Assembly (NCBI GenBank): GCA_043757265.1
Contig: JAYUQP010000040.1
Span: 142,094 to 206,093, forward strand
Direction of reading: 5' to 3'
Source of the DNA: Bdellovibrionales bacterium
Lineage (GTDB): Bacteria > Bdellovibrionota > Bdellovibrionia > Bdellovibrionales > JAGQZY01
DNA: 64,000 nt
Below, in pieces: positions 17,347 through 26,736 of this stretch; positions within the stretch are counted from its first letter, which is position 1, and each line of letters opens with the position of its first letter. The notes below the pieces were generated by a model that saw only the letters and a program-made list of their open reading frames with translations, ran no database searches and was not told the origin of the DNA. The translations under genes and the position numbers were made by a program.

Positions 17347-20060
17347 TAGGTTGCTCGTAGCACTGATTCGCATAAAGCCAGTGCCCATTTTAACTTTTCT
17401 TTTGGTAATGTGCTTCGTGATTGTGCCCCTGCCTGGCTTAGCATTTTTTCGATCTCGATAATTCGATCGTAGAATGCGACCAAAAGCTCTCCGGGCTGCA
17501 ATTTTTTAATGCAGGCATCCATGGCCTGAAGCTCGTCCATAATCACCACGACTCTTTTATCTGGAAATTCAGAGCGAACAACGTCGGCCAAAAATTTCGA
17601 CATTTCGCCATACGGCCGCCCGCGCAGGGCTATATCTTCGCGAATTATGATTTCGTCAAACGAAGGAACGATGGCCCTAAGTGCATCTTTTGAAATCTCG
17701 GGGTCGCGGTCTCCGGGCAAGGCTATGATTAATCGTCTGAGTGTAAATTCGTACTGCTCGAGAGCCGTTGCGATGGCACTCATTGCATGCGCATTGTGCC
17801 CGTAATCAAGAACAATGCATGCGTTCTTCAAGTCAAAAATATTCATCCTGCCCGAATTTTGCGAACTTGGATTAAACCACCTAAGCGCATCAAAAGCACT
17901 TGTAATGTCCATGCCCACGCCGTGTGCGGCACATAGAGCTGCTAAACAATTTGATATCTGAAAGCTAATGGTACCATAAGAAGTAACTGATAGCTCACTC
18001 ACGCGACCAAGCCTTATCTCACTACTGGATGCCGCAGATGTGGTGGATGTGGCATTTGTGGCGGCTGACGCAAAAAATATTTCGCCTTTTTCAACCCAGC
18101 ATTTTGCATCGGGAGCTCGCGACGTCACTGCACGTTCAACGGCCTCCGGCGTCGTGCCGTAGATGTAAACTCTGCGTTCCATTCGTGAGTCTGCGGCACG
18201 ATCAAAAAGATTCAGAGACTCCTTACTGTCTGCGTTCAGGACAATCGTGCCATTTTTTTTGGTGTGATCTACAACAAGTGCTTTAATTTGCACTAGGTCC
18301 TTGATGCCTCGTATTCCATCTTGGCCGATGTGATCTTCGTGAACATTCGTAACAACGCCCACATCAGAGTAAGAGTATCCAAGGCCGCGTCGAAGTATTC
18401 CGCCCCGAGCTGATTCTAAAATTGCTATTTCAACTTTAGAATCAGAAAGCACTCGGCTTGCCGACACGGGTCCCGAACAGTCACCAGTTCCTGTTTTTTC
18501 TCCGCCTATCCAAATACCATCGGTCGAAGTCATTCCTGTCACGTAACCAGCTGTCGAAAACATTTTTTCGAGCATTCGCACCGTAGATGTTTTACCGTTC
18601 GTACCAGTTACGCTAATAATGGGAATGGTTGACTGTTGCCCAGCCGGATAAAGCATTTTAATGATGTCTTCGGCCACTGGCCGCGGCTGGCCTTCGCTCG
18701 GTGCAAGATGCATTCGCAAACCCGGCCCGGCATTAACTTCTATTATTTTAAAACCTTCTGAAACGGGAGCGGATATATCCGAATGAATTATGTCTACTCC
18801 GCAGATATCAAGACCAATTGTTCGCGCCGTTAATTCACAGGTCAAACGAACTGTTGGATGTAAAAGATCCGTTACGTCTTTCGCATTTCCACCGCCTGAG
18901 ATATTTGCATTTTCTCGAAGAAAAATTTTTGCGTTTTTTTCCACGACAGATTCAAGAGCGAGGTTTTGTCTTTTAAGAGACGCAAGAACACTTTCGTCAA
19001 CAATAATTCGAGTGAGCACACTGCTATGACCAACGCCCCGAAGTGGATCAGAGTTGAGCTGTTTAATAAGCTCGTTGACTGTACTTCTTCCATCACCGAG
19101 AACCGACGGAGCTAAGCGTTCGGCTGCCGCACAAACTTTGCCGCCCACAACAAGCACGCGGTAATCTTTACCAACACACATTTCTTCGATCAGAACTACC
19201 CGGCAAAATTTTTGCGCATGTTCAAATGCTCGATGCAAGCCTTGTTGTGAATCGATGTTGAGAGTGACGCCATTTCCGTGATTGCCGTCGAGAGGTTTTA
19301 TCGCGAGGGGAAAAGACAGTTCGGTTGTTGCCTCAAGAGCCTCCTCAACGGATCGGACCATTAAACCCCGCGGGACCGGAACACCTACAGACTTCAATAC
19401 AATTTTCGTTCTGTATTTATCCTGTGCCAGTTGCACGGCAAGGTGGCTGGTTTTATCTGTCACGGCAGTTTGCACATAGCGAGTGTGAATACCGTGCCCC
19501 AAACGAAGCTGGCTGCCGGTGTATGTACGTTCAACTGGAATTTTCATTTTTTTCGCAGCATCGAACAGTGCCTGACCGCTGGGCCCAAGCTTATGCTCCT
19601 CCACTAATTTCTTGATGGCTTCAATCTCTCCCTTCTTATCCGCTCTCCCAACAGTAACAACTCTCTGGATGTAGGAAAATGCGACGCGATGGCATTCGAT
19701 CATTGCCTGTTCGTCTAAATATCTGGTGATGACATTGTAGATGCCTTTTTCGCCCCCATAAATTGATTTGCCGTACGTTACACCAATTCCAACCATGGCC
19801 GAAATTTCTAGCGCGACGTGCTCGATAATGTGAGCAAAATAAGTTCCTCGTTCGAGACGCTCTAAAAAACCTCCTCTACGACCTAGAGAGCAGGTGTGCT
19901 CGATCAATCGGGGAAAATCCGCCATCAGAGTTTTGACAAAATGTGGCAAGTCCTGGCTGGATGTATCTGCAAATACTCCGAGGTCTAACCTCGTAATCAG
20001 TACGGGAAATTTGTGATAAATATTGGGCCCTCTAAGGGCGCGAACGCTAATTATTTTCAT
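17346..20060 (-). CDS. cphA: Cyanophycin synthetase
   Basis: 904 aa. Typical N-terminus MKIISVRALRGPNIYHKFPVLI, an ATP-grasp domain and a Mur-ligase-like domain (VTGTNGKTST). Confidence 0.95.
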   Translation of the reverse strand: MKIISVRALRGPNIYHKFPVLITRLDLGVFADTSSQDLPHFVKTLMADFPRLIEHTCSLGRRGGFLERLERGTYFAHIIEHVALEISAMVGIGVTYGKSIYGGEKGIYNVITRYLDEQAMIECHRVAFSYIQRVVTVGRADKKGEIEAIKKLVEEHKLGPSGQALFDAAKKMKIPVERTYTGSQLRLGHGIHTRYVQTAVTDKTSHLAVQLAQDKYRTKIVLKSVGVPVPRGLMVRSVEEALEATTELSFPLAIKPLDGNHGNGVTLNIDSQQGLHRAFEHAQKFCRVVLIEEMCVGKDYRVLVVGGKVCAAAERLAPSVLGDGRSTVNELIKQLNSDPLRGVGHSSVLTRIIVDESVLASLKRQNLALESVVEKNAKIFLRENANISGGGNAKDVTDLLHPTVRLTCELTARTIGLDICGVDIIHSDISAPVSEGFKIIEVNAGPGLRMHLAPSEGQPRPVAEDIIKMLYPAGQQSTIPIISVTGTNGKTSTVRMLEKMFSTAGYVTGMTSTDGIWIGGEKTGTGDCSGPVSASRVLSDSKVEIAILESARGGILRRGLGYSYSDVGVVTNVHEDHIGQDGIRGIKDLVQIKALVVDHTKKNGTIVLNADSKESLNLFDRAADSRMERRVYIYGTTPEAVERAVTSRAPDAKCWVEKGEIFFASAATNATSTTSAASSSEIRLGRVSELSVTSYGTISFQISNCLAALCAAHGVGMDITSAFDALRWFNPSSQNSGRMNIFDLKNACIVLDYGHNAHAMSAIATALEQYEFTLRRLIIALPGDRDPEISKDALRAIVPSFDEIIIREDIALRGRPYGEMSKFLADVVRSEFPDKRVVVIMDELQAMDACIKKLQPGELLVAFYDRIIEIEKMLSQAGAQSRSTLPKEKLKWALALCESVLRAT

Positions 20061-20083
20061 CGTATTCCTTTTAAATTGTACGT

Positions 20084-20944
20084 TTAATGCAACTCATAGA
20101 TGGGCGCCATCAGGCAAGATACGCTACCACCACCCAAAATAAATTCCGACATGTCAGCGACGGTATGGAATTTTCCCATTTTTTTGAGTTCGTGGGACAT
20201 CACTTGGCTCTGTCCACCTGAAACAACGGTGTTTCCGATTTCGATACAGTTGAGAGCAAAGTTTAGAGCGTCTGCTCTCGGCACGTTCACGATCCGCGAA
20301 AAATGTTTGGACTTTCGAAGAACGTTCCAACTCATTTTCGAAAACGCACCTTCATACGCGAAAGCAACGCCATCTGAGGTCACAAAGAGCGCAGTGTCTA
20401 AATGGTAAAATAGCGGATCGATCAATTGGAGCGGGACCACTTCTATTTCCATGGCCTTAGCAAATTCGGCAGCTGCTTGCAGCTGTGTTCTGAAGCCGTA
20501 TCCAATAAATGCCTTTTTTTGCGAGGGTAACACGGCCACATCTCCCCCTTCGAGAAAAGCTTTTCCCTGGATTAATTTTTTAACGCCGAGATGAGAAAGG
20601 TGTTGAATCCTTGCCTTTATCTCGCGCTTCCGCTCGAGATGACGATAGGTGGCTAAAAACGCAGTCAATTTATTTTGTCTTTTCAAAATCACCGCGATGT
20701 CTTTTACAAAAACACTGTCAAAGCAATTGTGGACAAACGGAATCTCCGATACGTGAGCACCACGGGCTCGCGCAAAATTCAATAGGTTTAAATGCTGCAA
20801 TTGTGCGCTTCCCTTATTTACTCTACCCACTTTCATATGTGGGTTGATGGACCATTTGACATCGTAGACACAACTTTCAATGTGAGATCCTGTGTGATGA
20901 CAGCGAGCCCGGCCAACAATAAAATGGGGATGCTTGGAACTCAT
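20084..20944 (-). CDS. Guanidino-group-modifying enzyme (amidinotransferase/DDAH/arginine-dihydrolase fold)
   Basis: 286 aa, colinear with DDAH-type enzymes: FDSVFVKD, LEGGDVAV, FYHLDTAL and the C-terminal catalytic Cys block GGGSVSCLMAPI. Its ATG overlaps the upstream stop (ATGA). Confidence 0.75.
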   Translation of the reverse strand: MSSKHPHFIVGRARCHHTGSHIESCVYDVKWSINPHMKVGRVNKGSAQLQHLNLLNFARARGAHVSEIPFVHNCFDSVFVKDIAVILKRQNKLTAFLATYRHLERKREIKARIQHLSHLGVKKLIQGKAFLEGGDVAVLPSQKKAFIGYGFRTQLQAAAEFAKAMEIEVVPLQLIDPLFYHLDTALFVTSDGVAFAYEGAFSKMSWNVLRKSKHFSRIVNVPRADALNFALNCIEIGNTVVSGGQSQVMSHELKKMGKFHTVADMSEFILGGGSVSCLMAPIYELH

Positions 20945-21978
20945 AGATTTAGCTTCAACTGTTGTTTGTATCGAAGGAAACAGCGTTCTCCTGCTTTAAG
21001 TCTCATCAAAGCACCTTCTGCCAGGGCTTGAGCCACTTCGGAATTTTCTCTGACTAGCGAAAAAATCACTTCCGTATTCCAGTCGGCTGAGTGTTTAATA
21101 TCTACTGTAGAATGAAGAAGAAAATAGCGTTGCCCGGTTGCAGACAAGCCAAGTCGTTTAAGTCCTGCATGGACTTTTTTTGCACGACCTGGGGCCGTAA
21201 GTTCGATCACTCCTAGCGCCCCAACAGAATGGTAAGCATAATCACGATTCACCGCCATGCCGAGTAATATATTGGCAAGCGCTATGGACTCTGGGACAAC
21301 TCGATCTTGATTACCGGAAGCGACATTCATCTCGCTAGCCAATGATTCGAGCATGGGACCGTGCATAGAAATTTCTTTGCCTCGTCCCATTTCATCCCAA
21401 TAGTTTCGCGCCATCTCAAGCTTTGCCTGAGTTGGAAATTTAATTTGTGTAAGTGCCACGAGATCGTCAAAACCGGCCTCTCCCGCCACTTCCTGTTCCA
21501 CAAACCATTTCATCTGCTCTGTGTCAGCCTCACTTTCGAGCCAATCAAAAAGGGGATCGTGCTGTCCAGGTCCCGACTTTTCGAGCGAGACAAACCATTC
21601 AACAAATTCGTGCGCATCATTCGGTACATCGCCTGCGAGCGCAGCCGCAGCGGTGCGTTCGGTAGAAAGCATTGTTCGCTCTCGAACCAACATACCAACT
21701 TCGTCAAATCCAGAACTTCCGTTTTGTGATGGTAAGCGAGGCGATAATCGCCCATGATTAAATTTGGCGAGTGTTCGATGTAAGCGTTCAAAATCAAGAG
21801 CCGGAAATTGTGGAGTCTCCAGCGAAATATTTTGCACGGGTTTATGTATTGACTGTATTTGAGTCGATAAGTCGGCCGACAACTTATCTGAATCTTCATT
21901 CTGTAAATAATTTAAAGATTTAGACGACAGTGTCGCTGGCCGACGATTTGATAGATTAACAAATGTTTTAGCAAGCAT
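20941..21978 (-). CDS. Haem-oxygenase-like di-iron (iron-containing redox enzyme, PF14518-type) protein
   Basis: The track ORF starts at TTG 21999; ATG 21978 has the better RBS (ggagaaaatATG). Candidate metal-ligand helices: EQEVAGE, DEMGRGKEISMHGPML, GVIELTAP, LLHSTVDIKHSADW. It has an N-terminal extension of about 130 aa with no recognisable family. Confidence 0.7.
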   Translation of the reverse strand: MLAKTFVNLSNRRPATLSSKSLNYLQNEDSDKLSADLSTQIQSIHKPVQNISLETPQFPALDFERLHRTLAKFNHGRLSPRLPSQNGSSGFDEVGMLVRERTMLSTERTAAAALAGDVPNDAHEFVEWFVSLEKSGPGQHDPLFDWLESEADTEQMKWFVEQEVAGEAGFDDLVALTQIKFPTQAKLEMARNYWDEMGRGKEISMHGPMLESLASEMNVASGNQDRVVPESIALANILLGMAVNRDYAYHSVGALGVIELTAPGRAKKVHAGLKRLGLSATGQRYFLLHSTVDIKHSADWNTEVIFSLVRENSEVAQALAEGALMRLKAGERCFLRYKQQLKLNL

Positions 21979-22020
21979 ATTTTCTCCAGTTGTAGACAAA
22001 GCGATGGTAGAAAATAAAAG

Positions 22021-22036
22021 TGCAACTCGCAGGCCA
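22021..22036 (-). promoter_or_regulatory. Sigma-54 (-24/-12) promoter candidate for the HDO-GME-cphA-iadA-cphB operon
   Basis: The minus strand reads TGGCCTGCGAGTTGCA (TGGC-N7-TTGC with correct GG/GC spacing). The -12 GC is 44 nt upstream of ATG 21978. Confidence 0.6.
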
Positions 22037-22278
22037 AATAGGGAGTGAGTTGATCGTTAGGCTTCGAAAATGTGAAATCGTTTTAAACGATAAAAAAAAT
22101 AATTTTGTGAAAAGTTTTCTGAATTGAATTTTGCTTGATTAGTTTTGTTGAAAGGTGAGGAGGAGATGCTGAACGTGATATATTCATCATGAGGAGGAAT
22201 TATCCCTTTAAGAAAACACCATAAGGCGCCTGCTAAATAGCAAGAAATAGATGAGTTCGACGTATGCAGAGCACTAGA

Positions 22279-22599
22279 TTACTTTTTGCATGTAATAAAT
22301 TGTGGAAGACAGCGTGATTTATCCGGCACTTTTTGCAAACATTTGTCGGTCACAGATTGTCTAGCCGCAGTTTCTGAAAGCTCTGTTGCCGTGAAATCGC
22401 CGTCAAAAGGCGTGTGGATGTCACATGTGACATTTGCAACAATCATAAATCCATTGGACCGCGTGAGAGTATTTTCCATTTTTTCTACTTTTTGCTTGAG
22501 CTCTTTTATTTGTTTTTCTAGTTCCTCAACACGCTTTTGAGATTCGTCTGCAAAAACGAGTGTGAATGAAAATAAAAGAGTGCAAAAAACCGAAATCAT
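22279..22599 (-). CDS. Small secreted coiled-coil protein (hypothetical)
   Basis: 106 aa, signal-like N-terminus MISVFCTLLFSFTLVFA, RBS aaggaa. It starts 10 nt after the S9 peptidase stop. Confidence 0.5.
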   Translation of the reverse strand: MISVFCTLLFSFTLVFADESQKRVEELEKQIKELKQKVEKMENTLTRSNGFMIVANVTCDIHTPFDGDFTATELSETAARQSVTDKCLQKVPDKSRCLPQFITCKK

Positions 22600-22609
22600 A
22601 CGTTCCTTA

Positions 22610-24532
22610 TTATTTCAGATGTTTCTCAAAAAAATCAAGCGCGTACGTATTAAGTAGAACGATATTGGACCGTTTTGCGACGCCGTGACCTTCGTCAGGA
22701 AAAATCACAAGTTTTGAGTTCTTATTCATCTTTTCAATTGTTTCGTAGAACTGCACCGCCTCGCCCACTGGGACCCGGGGGTCCGTGGCACCGTGGGCGA
22801 TCATCAAAGGTTTCTTAACCTGATCAATATACGTAACTGGTGACAGCTTCAACATCGCATCACGCTCTTTGGATGGGTCTCCATACTCGTTCATACGCAG
22901 AGCGCGCCGGTAGGGTGCAGTATTCTCGATAAACGTGATCAGGCTGCTCATACCCACGATTGCAAGACCAGCATCGTAAAAATCGGCAAACATCGACACA
23001 CCAACAAGGGTGGAATAGCCGCCGTAGCTTCCACCGGTGATTCCAATTTTAGGCGCTACGCCGTTTATTACCCAGTTTTTCTTGATAAACTCGGCACAAT
23101 CCCGAATATCAGTAATCACTTTAAGTCGCTGTACGCCATTGTCGGCCTGCAACCACTTTTTTCCATAACCATCGCTACCGCGCACATTCGGCGCAACATA
23201 AACAAAACCCTTTTCGGTATACAAATTATACAACGGTGTAAATCGCGGAGTAAATTGCGACTCAGGACCGCCATGAAATTGAACGATCACCGGACAAGCT
23301 TCGGTTTTGCACTTTGCGGAGCGCCAGACAAACATAGGAACATCGGTGCCGTCATGGGCCTTGTAGGATTCGAGTGTTGGCTTCACATAACCGAGTGTGT
23401 TGATTTCGGGAGTGGATGGAAGCACCCACTCCTGCACTTTTTTGGTTTGCAAATCGTAAACAAAGTTTTTGCGAGGAGCATTGTGATACTCTGCTGAATA
23501 GCTGAGGTAGCGATTGTTTGTAGAAAATGCACCAACATAGGCCTGCTGTGCATCCTTTAAGCCGGGGAGAGTTGTTTTTTTCGAAGTTGCTAAATTTACT
23601 AATTGTAATCGTGCGTAGCCCTTTTCGTTAATAACATAAACCATGTGTTTGCGATTCTCTGACACCTTAAACTCGCTAATGTCCGCATCAATATTTGTTC
23701 CCCAAGGTGTAAGCTTGCCGTTTTTCAGCGTGTAGAGTTTGCGAAAGTCGGCAATTTTGTTGGTGAGCACGAGGAACTCGTCCTGGGTTTTAAACGCCAA
23801 TTTAAAATCTTCCAATTCATTTTGACCAAGCAGCGGCGACTTTGTCTTCGTTTTCAAATCGAAAACAAAATGTTCATTTTGCATGCTGCCTTTAAGCAGA
23901 GTCAGAATAGCTTTTCCTTTCAAAATATCAGAAAGTGTCCAAATTCCAGATTCGTCCCACACCACTTCGTGAGAGTCGGCAGCTAAGTTGTATTTGTAAA
24001 TAGAGTACGAATCCGGAGCTTTATCATTTGTGCGATAATAAAGAGATTTTGAGTCCTCAGTGAAACCTAAGAATCCCGTTTGGTGTTTGGAGTTGTAATA
24101 AACTTTGCGCAGTTCCCCACCACCGATTTTCATTAAGAAAATGCCTGGGTTTTCGTCACCCTTTGAATCCCGCGACACAATTATAAACTCGCTGTTTGGG
24201 CTCATTCCTACGAGGCGTGAGGCATCTTCCCCGGCCGTGAGCTGAATGGGAAAACTTTTTGGTCCGTTCAGTTTCCAAATTTGCAAGGACCCAGTGACAT
24301 TCCAATTCATAAAAAGGGAGCGGCCGTCACCAGTCACCAGGCCGTCAGATGGCGCACGAATGTCTACCAACTTTTCTATTATATTTTTCAAATCGGCGTT
24401 GGGTGTAGGCGGTGCATATTTAGCAAGAGTCTCAGGTGAGATACTATTCAAGCCGTAACCTGAGTATTTTGTCTTAGATGCAGTACTGCAGCCGATGACT
24501 AAAATTGCTGAAAATAAAGATAGGTATTTCAT
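22610..24532 (-). CDS. S9 family serine peptidase (prolyl oligopeptidase/acylaminoacyl peptidase-like) lipoprotein
   Basis: 640 aa. Lipobox LVIGCS, a beta-propeller-like N-terminal half, and the catalytic triad context GGSYGGY, HGATDPRVP and FPDEGHG. Confidence 0.85.
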   Translation of the reverse strand: MKYLSLFSAILVIGCSTASKTKYSGYGLNSISPETLAKYAPPTPNADLKNIIEKLVDIRAPSDGLVTGDGRSLFMNWNVTGSLQIWKLNGPKSFPIQLTAGEDASRLVGMSPNSEFIIVSRDSKGDENPGIFLMKIGGGELRKVYYNSKHQTGFLGFTEDSKSLYYRTNDKAPDSYSIYKYNLAADSHEVVWDESGIWTLSDILKGKAILTLLKGSMQNEHFVFDLKTKTKSPLLGQNELEDFKLAFKTQDEFLVLTNKIADFRKLYTLKNGKLTPWGTNIDADISEFKVSENRKHMVYVINEKGYARLQLVNLATSKKTTLPGLKDAQQAYVGAFSTNNRYLSYSAEYHNAPRKNFVYDLQTKKVQEWVLPSTPEINTLGYVKPTLESYKAHDGTDVPMFVWRSAKCKTEACPVIVQFHGGPESQFTPRFTPLYNLYTEKGFVYVAPNVRGSDGYGKKWLQADNGVQRLKVITDIRDCAEFIKKNWVINGVAPKIGITGGSYGGYSTLVGVSMFADFYDAGLAIVGMSSLITFIENTAPYRRALRMNEYGDPSKERDAMLKLSPVTYIDQVKKPLMIAHGATDPRVPVGEAVQFYETIEKMNKNSKLVIFPDEGHGVAKRSNIVLLNTYALDFFEKHLK

Positions 24533-24590
24533 TTTTTCCCTTTTGGTGACAAAGGCTGAATCCAGCGTTTGTCGTGCGCTTGCCGTACCA

Positions 24591-25550
24591 TTATGTCATT
24601 GCATTAAAAACCTGTTCGAGTGTTGAGTCCATCCAGCGGTTGTAGCCAAAAGGACCTCGGCCTTGAGAAAGATATCCCATATGGCCCCCAGTGTCTTCAA
24701 GATGCAGATGGACATAGGAGCTTTCGCGCGCCGAAAGGTATGGCTGCCACGGAATAAATGGATCATCCTTAGACATCAAAATAAATGTGGGAGTTTTGAT
24801 TTTTCCCAGGTGCGGCGCTGTTGAGCACTGCAAATAATAATCATTGGCGTTTTTAAAACCGCCAAGCGGTGCCGTATAGAGCTCGTCCACATCAGATAAA
24901 TAAGCCCAACGTGGAATAATTATTGGCGGGACGAAGTTTTTTTCCTCGCGGGATTTAATTTCTTTTCGACAGCCATTTACAAACCATAAATCGTAAAAAC
25001 GATTGAACCCTTGTTTAAGACTTACAGACGACGCTTTCAAGTCTGTGGGACCATTAACAGCGATAGCTTGATCGGGAAGATGTTCCCCGCGGATCCCAGT
25101 AACCAACGAAAGCACAGCATTAGCCCCTAAGGAAAACCCTACAGCAATTAATTGTTTTTTCGGAAATTGCTTTCTACAAAACGCGACCACCTCGGAAACA
25201 TCTTCGCCCCGGCCCGAATGATAGGGTCCGCGTGCCAGACCGGCACCTTCGCCACAACCTCTGTGGTTGACCAAAAAAACCGAATGACCAAGGTTTAAAC
25301 TCAGCTTCGCCATTCGACCCATGTACTTGGAATCGACGCTTCCGATAAGACCGTGAAAAAAAATGAGCAATGTGGAACTTGTACCCTCGAAGTAACGGGC
25401 GGCAAGCTGGTCGCCATCGGGCAATCTTATTTTTAAATTTTTGTAAGGGATATCGGTTCCCCTAGACGGGAGCCCATAGGCAACAAGAGTTTGCTGGTGC
25501 CCGCCGCGCGCCCAAAAAGGCGGCGTGCAAGGCTCAATATTAAGATTCAC
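24591..25550 (-). CDS. Alpha/beta hydrolase (YheT/ABHD1-3-like)
   Basis: 319 aa with FWARGGHQQTL, FHGLIGS and the nucleophile elbow GFSLGAN. It overlaps the upstream methyltransferase gene by 11 nt. Confidence 0.8.
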   Translation of the reverse strand: MNLNIEPCTPPFWARGGHQQTLVAYGLPSRGTDIPYKNLKIRLPDGDQLAARYFEGTSSTLLIFFHGLIGSVDSKYMGRMAKLSLNLGHSVFLVNHRGCGEGAGLARGPYHSGRGEDVSEVVAFCRKQFPKKQLIAVGFSLGANAVLSLVTGIRGEHLPDQAIAVNGPTDLKASSVSLKQGFNRFYDLWFVNGCRKEIKSREEKNFVPPIIIPRWAYLSDVDELYTAPLGGFKNANDYYLQCSTAPHLGKIKTPTFILMSKDDPFIPWQPYLSARESSYVHLHLEDTGGHMGYLSQGRGPFGYNRWMDSTLEQVFNAMT

Positions 25551-26559
25551 GCACGGCGCTTACAGATTTTGAGAAAAAACCCCGCGATGCGCGCACAGGT
25601 GATTCGATAAACTTACGGAGCTCATCCTCGAGCGGATGCTGCACATAATTTTTATAAAAAGGTTCATGGTAACTAATCGGAAATTTTTCAAGGGCCCAAC
25701 CAAGGTGAGGCGCGTCTCCCTCTTGGATAGAATCCACAAGAGATAAAACACCACCCACTTTTAAAACACGCCAAGCTTCTTTTAGAACTGTCGCTCGATT
25801 TTTATGCGGAAGCTCGTGAAATAAAAACGAGCACGTAACGACATCGAAGTGTAAATCCTTAAACGGCATCTCCTCGGCATTAGCCTGCAAAAAGCTGACG
25901 CGTGGAAATTTTTTCAAGCTGCTCTGCGCTTGCTTCAAATAGGGAAAACTTAAATCCACTGCTGTTATATTTGCCTTTGGAAATGTCAGGGCAAGATCAC
26001 GGGTTAAACTACCCGGGCCGCAAGCTACGTCGAGAATATTTATTTCCGCATCTCGCGCAAAAACGTCCCGTGCTGGAGGAATTGCCAATCGCCGCATGGT
26101 TTGTGCAGTGCCGTTAAATAGTATTTCCACTTGGTGATCGTAGATGCGCGCCGACTCTTCACTTAGATAACCATCAGTTTGAAAGTGAAAGTTGCGAGAA
26201 TAGTAATCGGGCAGATCTTTCAAATACTGTTCTGCAGATCCCGAAAAATCCTGATGTTTTTTGGTCTTCATCCGACGTGCCACTTGAACCGCGTCAGCCC
26301 ATACCTTTACCAGTTGTAAAGTGTGAGTGAGAGGTGAACCTAAAGAAACTACACTTGCTGGATAAACGTTATTTTTAATGTTCTGTTCGTCCCATTTGTG
26401 CAGAGCATAGATGTCCTTGAATAAAACTTTTAATTCTTCAATTTTCGGACCTTCAGCATTACGCCCATGCAGATAAAGCTGCGATAAAATAAGAAGCGGA
26501 AGGTTTTCGGAAAAGTAGAGAGCCGATTTTCCAAGCGATTTGTACAGAGGTGAAATCAT
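25540..26559 (-). CDS. Class I SAM-dependent methyltransferase
   Basis: 339 aa. Motif I ILDVACGPGSLT, post-I VDLS, and FDVVTCSFLFHELP. Confidence 0.8.
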   Translation of the reverse strand: MISPLYKSLGKSALYFSENLPLLILSQLYLHGRNAEGPKIEELKVLFKDIYALHKWDEQNIKNNVYPASVVSLGSPLTHTLQLVKVWADAVQVARRMKTKKHQDFSGSAEQYLKDLPDYYSRNFHFQTDGYLSEESARIYDHQVEILFNGTAQTMRRLAIPPARDVFARDAEINILDVACGPGSLTRDLALTFPKANITAVDLSFPYLKQAQSSLKKFPRVSFLQANAEEMPFKDLHFDVVTCSFLFHELPHKNRATVLKEAWRVLKVGGVLSLVDSIQEGDAPHLGWALEKFPISYHEPFYKNYVQHPLEDELRKFIESPVRASRGFFSKSVSAVRES

Positions 26560-26607
26560 GAATAGTTTGTAACTTCATAAACAAAAAAAGGCAAAGAGAA
26601 AGCAGCC

Positions 26608-26647
26608 AAAAAAAATCCAGAACGTTCTGCAAATAAAACGTTCTGGA
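26608..26647 (-). terminator. Rho-independent terminator of lexA
   Basis: 11-bp stem tccagaacgtt/aacgttctgga. The plus-strand A8 tract (26608..26615) gives a U tract after the hairpin on the minus strand. Confidence 0.7.
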
Positions 26648-26736
26648 TAACAACAAACAACGATTTTTTAAGGTAACTGTTTTTCGATTTACTAGATGTT
26701 GGCGCTATTAAAACGCCGTTTCTACTCAAAGCTGCA

